DNA of 15,910 nucleotides from assembly GCF_006345805.1 (NCBI RefSeq), contig NW_021825260.1:1-15910 (forward strand). The letters are read 5' to 3'. The position numbers were made by a program, and so were the translations under genes. This DNA comes from Octopus sinensis. Taxonomy: Eukaryota. This document shows, piece by piece, positions 7,238-15,910 of this stretch. The notes beneath the pieces are model-generated. The model was not told the origin of the DNA. It searched no databases and saw only the letters and a program-made list of their open reading frames with translations. Each line of letters starts with the position of its first letter. The first letter of the stretch is position 1.

Positions 7238-10200
7238 TAGTTTCCTTAAGATGTGCAGCTTTTTGCAAGAAATCAATCTTTCATGGGATTTCCAGTTGCC
7301 TTAAGTAGTCTTGAAGTTTCAATGGAAATGAGCCCAACGCTCTAATCACCACTGGTATCACTTTTACATTACCCTCTCGCATTCCATACAGTCTTGCCAT
7401 TTCTACTTTCAGTTCATAGTACTTGGTGATTTTTTCAACCTCTTCACTCACAACATTCATGTCATTTGGTATGGCTACATCAATGATCTGACAGTATCTA
7501 TCTCTCTTACTCAATATGACAATAACCGGCCAACAGTGTTTGATTACATGATCCGTCTGAAAATCATAGTCCCAGAGTATCGTTACTTTTCCATCCTCCT
7601 GCATAAATTTACTAGGTACATGCTCATACTAGTTCTCTCTTACTTCATATTGGTATTTATGGCATAAGATCCTGACGGTGCCTGTATTCTTTTTTTGCAT
7701 GACTCTCATATCCACTAACCAACTGGGTCATATTTTCCACACTCTTTCCACAGAGTCTGCATTTCTGGACGTCAGAAGTTTTATAGATATTATACTTCAT
7801 CGAATTGGTAGCCAGAGCCTGGGTTTGTGCAGCAATGATCAGACTTGCGGCGATACGCCTCAAATCACTTCGCTCAATCCATGCCCACGATGCTGTATTA
7901 TCCTAAACGCTTTGTGTATTCCTTTCAAACTGTCCATGCATTCCCATTTCATGGTTTTCTTTCTTTTCTCTCTCCCCAACTCTTTGGTTAAACTATGCCA
8001 TCCCCATCATTTTATCTGCATTTGCAACACCCATATGTTTCGCTGCATATTGCAGCAGGTCTTCATCACTATTTATCAAATACTCGGCAAGCGTTCTCCT
8101 TTCATTCCTTTGGTCTATACTAATTAGTCTTCTGCCACCATTCTTTCTTTTCATAGACAGTCTATTTGCGTTTGCTTTATGGTGCAGCGCCCCATGCAGG
8201 GTCATCAATTTCTCACCCTTCTATTCAGTGTTGATATTTACTTCTTAGTCCATTTCAGGATAGACGCACTATCTCTGACCACCGCAATTGCCCAGATATT
8301 CATTGCAGTAATCGAATTTTGGCACTAAGGTTGGATTTCAACACCATCTTCAGCCTTTTTTGATACGCCTCGTTGATCTTAACTTTCATTTTTCTGTGTA
8401 GAATGTCATCCAGCTCCAAAATCTCTAAATATCTATACCCACTACTGTCTGGTCCACCCACGGTCTCTCCTGATGGTAACCGCAATCCTCTGCAGGCTGG
8501 TTTCTTCCCTCTATTCATATTAAGTACTGAGCATTTGCTGATCCCAAATTCCATACCGATGTCCCTACCACATTTCTACACTGTTTTGGTTAAGGAATCT
8601 ATCTACTTTTCAAAGTTCCCAAACCATTTCAGGTCACCCATAAACAGCTGATGGTTCAATGATGGGCCTTTTTTCCCACATCGTTAACCTATCTTAACTT
8701 TCTTAAGTGTTATTATTATGGGTATTAGTGTAATTACAAAAAGTAACGGAGAAAACGAGTCACCTTGGAAGATTACCCTTTTAATATTAACTTCTCTAAG
8801 GAATACATTACTTGAATACTATTTGGTTTTCCACTCTTTGATACTATGCATTAGAAAATTTGTGATGTTGTCAGCAACACCAAACATCTGCAGGCATTCA
8901 ACGATCCAAGAATGAGACATCATATCAAATGCCTTCTTAAAGCCAATCCAAGCCATTGATATGTTTGTATGTTGTTTTTTACAATGCCTCAAAACTGCTT
9001 TATCGATGACTAGGTGATCCTTGGCACCCTGAGAACTCTTCCTACATCCTTTTTGTTCCTTTGGTAGTATTTCTTCCTGTGCCGGGAAGGTGTATATCTC
9101 TGCCGCACATATTCCAGTGAGTATCTTCCAGATTATGTTTAGGCATGCTATGGGACGGTAGTTTCCCACAGTATTCTCCTTTCTTCTGTCTTTCATTACA
9201 AGTGATGTCCTCCCAGTCACCATCCACGCGGGGACTGTACCTTTCTGTACACATTCATTCAATTGGACTGCTAGTCTTTCATGCACCGTGTGGTATCTCG
9301 TGTGGTATCTCTTCAGCCAGAAGCCATGAATCCGATCTGGTCCGGGGTATTTCCAGTTAGCCACTTTACCCACTTTACCCGTGCTTATGACAATATTCCC
9401 TTCTTTCTTTCCTCCTTGTAATTCTGTCTTGATAGTTCCTATCCACATTGCAGCCCTTTTATGCACCACATTGTTTCCCCATAATCCGCTCCAGAACTCC
9501 TTGGCTTCATTTGCATCAGGAGCAACATTTTCCTCTCTGTCTCCTAACGTTCGGAAGAATTGCTTCGGGTTATTTTTGAATAAACTGTTCTCGAATCTTC
9601 TGATCTTCTGGCTCTTTAATCATGATCCTCTGTTTTAACTACATCAAACCAATTCTTCCGTATTTTATGTTTCTTCTCTAATTTTTCTCGGTCGCTTTTT
9701 TTCCCATTTTTCCAGTTTCCTCTTAACCACTGCTCAATTTTTCCTAGATCTTGCCTTGCCTGCATTATGTCCCTTTCCATGCGTCGTTTCCACCATGATT
9801 CTTTTGCTCCACCATTTTTTATTCACTTAAGTTGTAATTTCTCCTCAACAAGTTGCGTAATAGCTCGGAGAATATTCCCTGTTTGTGTTATGTTCTCCGT
9901 CTGGATGTATGGTATGACAGTATTTAACTTTTGTGTTACATTATTTATCATACTCCTATATACTCTTCTCATATTCATGGAGCTTTTTTTCTTCTGGAGC
10001 ATTCAGTCTGTGAGTCGTCTTTGAATTTCAAGCAATTCATTATCTAGTTGGTTCATTTCCCCTGCATGTCTACCCACGACAGTGTCTGGGTTCACTGTAT
10101 AACGTTCCAGTTCCTCATCCTTAACAGCCCCATCACTATTCCCCTGTTCCTCCTCTACTCTTCTCCCTGCTTTCAACTCCGACCATCCTTTGTATCCCAT

Positions 10201-10590
10201 CCTAGATATTTCTACTTCAATTAAGTAACTCTTCCTTCTAATCACTCTCACTTGGTTCATCAGTTTATTTTCTGACATTGAACACATGTCCTTTTCCATC
10301 CAAATTTCAAGGTAAGTCGGCCTACTCTGCGACTTCTTTCCAGCTTTGCTCTTCCATGACATTCAGTTAGTGTATCGTACTCTTCCTTCGTCTACTTCTG
10401 TTTTTGCGCACACCGTGTATGTGATCTGTAGTGACATACCGACTGCCCGAGGCCAGATCACTGCCCCTCATGCGGGTGGTTTCGGACGTGCCATGATCGG
10501 CTATACCTTTATTCTCGGCGTTAATTCTTCCTTGTTGTGTTGCATCATGATTTCATGTGTCGTTCGTGGGGTTCCCACGAGTGTTGTTAT
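7238..10590 (-). mobile_element. LINE B: nearly full-length but decayed R4/Dong-clade non-LTR retrotransposon lacking its 3' UTR
   Basis: Minus-strand order: N-terminal IWMEK...SENKLMNQVRVIRRK (10003..10362); NPKQFF...EFWSGLW; RT motifs YPGPDRIHGFWLK, NYRPIACL, EQKGC, WIGFKKAFD, IFQGDSFSP, FMGDLK (8633-8644), MEFGISKC; knuckle CRLCGK (7657..7863); RLE ILWDY...WPVIV...IDVAIPND...VIRALG (7281..7604). Multiple stops and frameshifts; 5' boundary approximate. Confidence 0.92.
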
Positions 10591-10703
10591 TGATATCTCA
10601 TCTCTCTCTTCCACTCTTTATTTGTATACACATGTGCTCATGTATGTACATACACATATATATATAAATATTTTACTTGCATTGTGTCACCTCCATAAAC
10701 ACA

Positions 10704-10704
<1 letters not shown>

Positions 10705-10781
<77 letters not shown>
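10705..10781. repeat. (ATT)n microsatellite (3' tail/target of LINE C)
   Basis: Direct reading; near-perfect run. Confidence 0.97.
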
Positions 10782-10784
<3 letters not shown>

Positions 10785-12817
10785 TAGTTTTATTTTTATA
10801 GTGTGCTTTCACTTCACTACCGAGCGCAGCTCTGTGTGCCTTGGGTATGTGCTGTGATTTGTTGTGATGCTCTGATGGTTATTGTATGGAAAGTGTTCTG
10901 CATAGGATGTGTGCAGTGCCTAGTAGTGCAATTTTCTGTATGTTATATGTGTTTGTAAGTCCTGGTGTGTTTTGTTATGTATTTTTCTGAATATTTTTTT
11001 ATCATGCCTAATGCACCTACTATGATAGGAATTGTTTCTGTTTTTAGATTCCACATTCTGGTTACCTCTATTTCGAGGTCTTTGTATTGAGAGTTTCTCC
11101 ATTTCTTTTAGAGACACGTTGTGTCATCAGCCGGTATTGATACATCAATTAGAAAACATTTTTTTCTTCATGATCTCTGACAACTATATCTGGTCTATTG
11201 GCCTTAATTTCTCTATCTCTGTGTATCGGCATATCCCAGAGTATGTTTGCTTTCTCGTTTTCTGTGACCTTTTCTGGTGTGTGCCTATACCATCTTTTTT
11301 CTGTTGTTATTCCATAATGTTGGCATAGCTTCCAATGTATGTAGGTTCCAACTCTGTCATGTCTGTGAATATATTCCTTCTTAGCCAGGACTGGGCAGCC
11401 AGAGATAAAATGATTTATTGTTGCTTGTCCATCACCACATATTCTGCAGTTACTTGTTATATTTCTTTTCATTACATGTTTTTGGTAATTTCTGGTGGGG
11501 AGGCTTTGGTCTTGTGCTGCAATTAAAAATCCCTCGGTCTCTGCTTTGAGTCCTGAGCTTCTCAACCATTGCTGGGATTTTTCTATGTCTATTTCTTTTG
11601 CATTTAGTTTTGTCCAGTATTTGCCATGAAGGGGCTTTTCTTGCCATCGTTTTATCATGGTTCGTTGCTGTTCTATTTTTAGTTTGGATTTCATTTGTTT
11701 TATAGCTTTTGTTGTTTTCTTCTTCTTCTTCTTCTTCTTTTTCTTCTTCTTCTTCTCTTCTTCTTCTTCTCTTCTTCTTCTTCTCTTCTTCTTCTTCTTC
11801 TTCTTCTTTTCTTCTTCTTCTTCTTCTTCTTCTTCTTCTTCTCTTCTTAACATTTGTTAGGTGGTATGATTTTTTGTTTGTATTTGTCAGCTTCCTTAAA
11901 TACTGAGAACAGTTTTTTGTTTTGCTCGTGTTTTTGCCGCTATCTGGATCAGTTTCCTTCCTTCTGAAGTAGATATTTTTGCAGTCCTATGGTGGTTATT
12001 TCATAGTAGTTTTCCAGCTGTATAAGACCTCTACCACCATCTATACCTTGTATATATAGCCTTTCTATGTCAGATTTTTGGTGATGCATCCTAGATCCGG
12101 TCATCATTTTTCTTGTTTTCCTATCTATTTTGGTCAGTTCATTTCGTGTCCAGTTAAGAATATTGTAGCTGTAACTTATAACTGGGACAGCTAAAGTGTT
12201 AATACCTATTATCTTGTTTTTAGCATTGAGCTCTGATTTTAGTATTGATCTAACTCGTCTATAATATTCTTTTTTTATTTTCTCTGTCATTTGTGTGTGT
12301 TGTATCTTATCTAGTTCATGGATTCCTAAGTATTTGTAAGTTTGGCTTTGGTCTAATTCTTTTAGTTCATTGGTTTTATCTAGTGTGATGTTGCTACTCT
12401 TAATTAGTTTTCCTCTTTTCAGGGTTACTTTGGTGCATTTTTCTAATCAAAATTTCATATCTATTTCTTTGGTAAATCCATGAACTGTCTTTAATAGTGT
12501 TTCCAGCTGTTTGTCATTTGTAGCGTATAGTTTTAGGTCATCCATATATAAAAGGTGGCTGATCTTTTTGGCGTAACATTTATATCCGCATCTAGTTCTG
12601 TTTAGCATACCAGATAGAAGGTGACAGTCCCAAGCAGAAAAGGAGTGAAGAGAGCGAGTCTCCCTGGAATATTCCTCTTCTAATGGGGATGGCTTTGGTT
12701 TTCATGAGTCCCTCTTTTGTTTGGAGCTGTAGCACTGTTTGCCATTTATTTATAGAGTGTCCTATGTACTTTATAATTGTTAGTGCAACTTTGTTCATGG
12801 TTAGTGTTTCGAGAACC

Positions 12818-12818
<1 letters not shown>
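10782..12818 (-). mobile_element. LINE C: 5'-truncated R4/Dong-clade element, same family as LINE A
   Basis: 10782-11460 is colinear with 6069-6740, including the same 3' UTR end CTACTG|AAT. Contains IFQGDSLS (12592..12798), HLLYMDDLKLY (about 12525-12558), thumb LYIQGIDGGRGL (11949..12290), knuckle CRICGDGQATINHFISGC and RLE start (11149..11853). Small frameshifting indels in the RLE. Confidence 0.93.
11716..11848. repeat. (TTC)n / (GAA)n expansion inside the LINE C coding region
   Basis: Direct reading. LINE-like peptide continues on both sides (LIQIAAK...YKQK before; TTKAIKQMKSKLK after). Confidence 0.95.
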
Positions 12819-12855
<37 letters not shown>

Positions 12856-12904
12856 TATTATTATTATTATCATCATCATCATTATTATTATTATTATTAT
12901 TATT
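12819..12904. repeat. (ATT)n microsatellite with (ATC) interruptions
   Basis: Direct reading. Confidence 0.97.
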
Positions 12905-13271
12905 GAGTGAGCGAGCAGAGCATGCCATCAAAGTGACACTGGGGTAAAATATACGAAGCCCAATATACCCATCATGACTACCCGTCTGATAAAGGTACAC
13001 CGGGCACATGCATCACAACCATATGTGCGCGACATGGTGATCTCATATCAAGATAAACAGCACATGACCTTGCAGGTGGGGCCCAGTTAGAATTTTCTTC
13101 AGGTTGAGTAGCCCATCCCGCTCAAACGGTCCCTGAATAAGGGTTGTTTAAGGATGTTGAAAGAACCACCCATGTTTCCAGAGGTGAACTATTCAAACCC
13201 CAAAGAATCCCTCTCAACACATGGCTATGATGCTCCCCCACTACTTCTGCTCGTGATCAGAGATGCACATA
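12905..13271 (-). mobile_element. Element X copy 3 (5'-truncated, 367 bp)
   Basis: Colinear with 5402-5768. Similarity ends after AGATGCACATA. Confidence 0.9.
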
Positions 13272-13614
13272 CGCTCTTGCATTGTTTCTTTTGTGCTCTA
13301 TAATCACATTTCATTTCTTTATTTCAACAGTAAGGTTAGTATTTAATACATATTCTCTATCACAACCTCTGGTTCGTGTTTATACCACATTTCTACTGCT
13401 TTGGCACAAACACTCGTCTAACAAACCAACACATTCTTTTATTAACGCAACCATGCATGTACTTATACTCTTTTTGCGCTAGTTTCTACATTCACACCAA
13501 AAATTGTAAATACGTTGTCGCCTTTTCAAGAGATTCTGCGTTTGCTCTCAGACTGGAATATTATCAATCTTGTCTTTATCAGATTCGTCCTGGCGGCAGG
13601 TTCCTGAGCGGATC
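13272..13614 (-). pseudogene. LINE D: degenerate R4/Dong-type fragment (knuckle-to-RLE linker)
   Basis: Manual minus-strand translation gives VPKAVEMWYKHEPEVVIEN and IEHKR, homologous to KRWYRHTPEKVTEN...IKANRPD in LINE C. Many stops. (ATT)n begins immediately at 13615. Confidence 0.6.
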
Positions 13615-13650
13615 ATTATTATTATTATTATTCATATAATAATATATATA

Positions 13651-14000
13651 TGATTCCAAAAGGTAGTTGCTGCAAATAGTAGCAGTGAGATATGGTTATG
13701 GTTGCAGAAAGGAAGGCTGAAAAAGGAGACGAAAAGTTTCTTAGTAGCAACACAAGATCAAACACTAAGGACTAATTGAGTAGAAGCCAAGATAAACAAA
13801 AACCAAGTAGATTCCCGATGTAGGTTATACAGCTCAAAAGAGTAAGTAAATGTAGCATGCTGGCAGAAAAAAAAGAAGAAAAAATACAAGAAAAGACATG
13901 ACAACCTAAGGAGTGTAATCCACAGGGAGTTATGTAGAAAGCTAGGATTTGATCATACTGATAAATGGTATGAACATCAACCTAGTAATGTACTAGAAAG
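13651..14000 (+). repeat. 350-bp inverted duplicate of LINE E positions 14456-14804
   Basis: Base-by-base reverse complement with about 8 differences. The inserted block is bracketed by the direct repeat ATTATTATTATTCATATA (13621-13638, 14022-14039) and a perfect 26-bp inverted repeat (13637-13662, 14003-14028). Confidence 0.92.
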
Positions 14001-14033
14001 CACTTTTGGAATCATATATATATTATTATTATT

Positions 14034-15545
14034 CATATACACACAACAGATTAGGCTGCTGGAAAAGAATACTTCCTAACACAGGGCTACAAGTTATCTT
14101 AGATGTTAAGAACCCTCCTAAGTATCCTAGCTGTCCCTAATAACATTGTTTTCTAGAGATGTACTGAACTGGGTTTTATGCTTGTTTCCGGTATCCACCT
14201 GTTCAATATACCTATAACTACTGGGATACATTTTACCTGCACTTTCCATAGTCTCTGTAATTCAATGGCTACGTCCTGGTACTTTGCTATTGCTTCTGTA
14301 CTTCTCGTATTGCTTTTCTCCATCATTTGAGACAGTAAAGTCAATTATCTGGCACTTTCTATTCTCTTTGTCTACTGCTACCAAATCAGGCCTTCTAGTT
14401 TCTATTACTCTGACAGTCAGAATGTTAAAGTCCCACAACATCTCGTATTTTTTTACTTTCTAGTACATTACTAGGTTGATGTTCATACCATTTATCAGTA
14501 TGATCAAATCCTAGCTTTCTACCTAACTCCCTGTGGATTGCTCTCCTTAGGTTGTCTTGTCTTTTCTTGTATTTTTTCTTCTTTTTTTGTGCCAGCATGC
14601 TACATTTACTTACTCTTTTGAGCTGTATAACCTACATCGGGAATCTACTTGGTTTTTGTTTATCTTGGCTTCTACTCAATTAGTCCTTAGTGTTTGATCT
14701 TGTGTTGCTACTAAGAAACTTTCCGTCTCCTTTTTTAGCCTTCCTTTCTGCAACCATAACCATATCTCACTGCTACTATTTGCAGCAACTACCTTTTGGA
14801 ATCAACAATGCGAAGCCTTCTCCTGCCAGTCAGATAACTTTTGTTATTTTTCTGGTTTTTAATTTCGCTTGGCTTTTTGGTTTTCCTATGTCTTACTGCG
14901 ACTCAGGCAGCTCTTAATAAACTTTCTTTACTATTACCTACATAGGAGTTTATATCTACTCTAGCTAACTCCATGCAGTCTTGTACTAATATTAACCCTC
15001 TTCCACTTTCCTTCGTAGGTAAGTATAATCTTGTTACACGTGATCTTGGGTGGGGGTCCTCCATTCATATTGAATTCCTTCCTAATTATTCTGTCTAGAA
15101 TTGCTAATTCAGTTTTCCTCCAATCTACAAAAGCTACTGAATATCTAAGTGATGATACCGCCAAAGTATTTACAGCCTTCATTAGATTCGGACCATTTCA
15201 CTTTGACTTCAAGAGCTTCCGCTCCCTTCTAATGTACTCTTTCTCAATTTTCGTTTTTATTTCTATAGTTAGTATTCTGTCAGATTCTAATTCTCCTAAA
15301 TACTTATAACTCTCTCCTCCTTTCAATGATTTTAATGTCAGGCCATCTGGTAATTGGAAGCCTTCACTGTTGGCTACCTGTTCCCTTCTTATGACTAATA
15401 TTGCACACTTATCTATGCCAAATTCCATACCTATATCTTTACTGAAGAGTTTTACAGTCTGTATTGAGGAATCAGTCTTTTTTCATTCTTGATAAAAAGC
15501 TTCAGATCATCCATTTTTCTTCTTATTTCTTCAAATTTTCTTCCA
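14034..15545 (-). mobile_element. LINE E: 5'-truncated, decayed R4/Dong-clade element of a further family
   Basis: MDDLKLF (about 15495-15515), MEFGIDKC...YKYLG (15198..15428), AVNTLAV...W (14961..15182), FLVATQDQTLRTN, WYEHQP, RLE tail IELQRLWKVQVKCIPVVIG (14153..14344). C-terminus LLGTARILRRVLNI with stop at 14099-14101. 65-bp 3' UTR ending GTATATG|AAT, unlike the LINE A/C UTR. 5' boundary approximate. Confidence 0.88.
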
Positions 15546-15712
15546 TTTCTCGCCGAGTGTTTTCCGTACATCTACGGCAGAGAAGTTCATTCCCAGATTA
15601 CGCACGCAAATTCACAGGTAAAAGATGTATTTAAAAATTAATAAATAAATAAATTCATGAATGGTTGTTGCTTTCACAGCGATAATGCACTTGTCAGTAC
15701 ATGAGTCGTTCC

Positions 15713-15739
15713 ATTACTATTATTATTATTATTATTATT
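15713..15739. repeat. (ATT)n microsatellite
   Basis: Direct reading. Confidence 0.9.
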
Positions 15740-15910
15740 GAGTGAGAGAGCAGTGCATGCCATCAAAGTGACACTGGGGTAAAATATACGAAGCCCAATA
15801 TACCCATCATGACTACCCGTCTGATAAGGGTACACCAGGCACATGCATCACAACCATATGTGCGCGACATGGTGATATCATATCAAGATAAACACCACAT
15901 GACCTTGCAG
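15740..15910 (-). mobile_element. Element X copy 4 (runs off the window edge)
   Basis: Colinear with 5402-5572; same ATT|GAGTGAGAGAGC boundary. Confidence 0.9.

Noticed and set aside
8819-9469. 216-aa RT ORF as a functional gene
   Set aside because: Fragment of LINE B with flanking frameshifts and mutated catalytic aspartates.
7678-10801. Plus-strand ORFs overlapping LINE B (7678..8127, 8373..8651, 9381..9638, 10346..10801)
   Set aside because: Antisense shadows of LINE coding sequence or read-through into (ATT)n; no recognisable motifs.
13651-14000. Twin-priming inversion formed during retrotransposition
   Set aside because: Twin priming inverts the 5' part without duplicating it. Here the segment is duplicated, lies at the 3' end and shares post-insertion lesions with its source.
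15558-15617. Possible 60-nt host micro-exon (open frame CFPYIYGREVHSQITHANSQ, donor CAG|GTAAAA) in a CpG-richer spacer
   Set aside because: The acceptor would be a rare GAG, the peptide is unrecognised and there is no other exon evidence. Only spliced RNA-seq reads could rescue it.

Overview
AT-rich eukaryotic non-genic DNA made almost entirely of mobile elements and microsatellites. No host gene, RNA gene or CRISPR array is supportable. The SINE family and repeat landscape resemble octopod cephalopod DNA (recalled, not verified). Left third (1-5285): several tRNA-derived SINE copies (one intact with an 11-bp TSD), a very old RLE-LINE remnant, fold-back (TAG)n/(CTA)n palindromes, and a 1.73-kb non-coding foldback-type DNA transposon (3532-5261) with terminal inverted repeats and an 8-9-bp TSD, inserted into a SINE tail. 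Right two thirds (5286-15910): a head-to-tail pile-up of nine retro-insertions, all on the minus strand and mostly separated by (TAA)n tracts. Five are decayed R4/Dong-clade non-LTR retrotransposon pieces (RT, CCHC knuckle, restriction-like endonuclease) from several families. Four are copies of an unclassified non-coding element ('element X', 555 bp in its longest copy) that has a fixed 3' end on (TAA)n and variable 5' ends. A 350-bp templated inverted duplication sits at the 3' junction of the last LINE. Best candidates for something new: element X as a non-autonomous partner of TAA-targeting RLE LINEs, and the foldback transposon.
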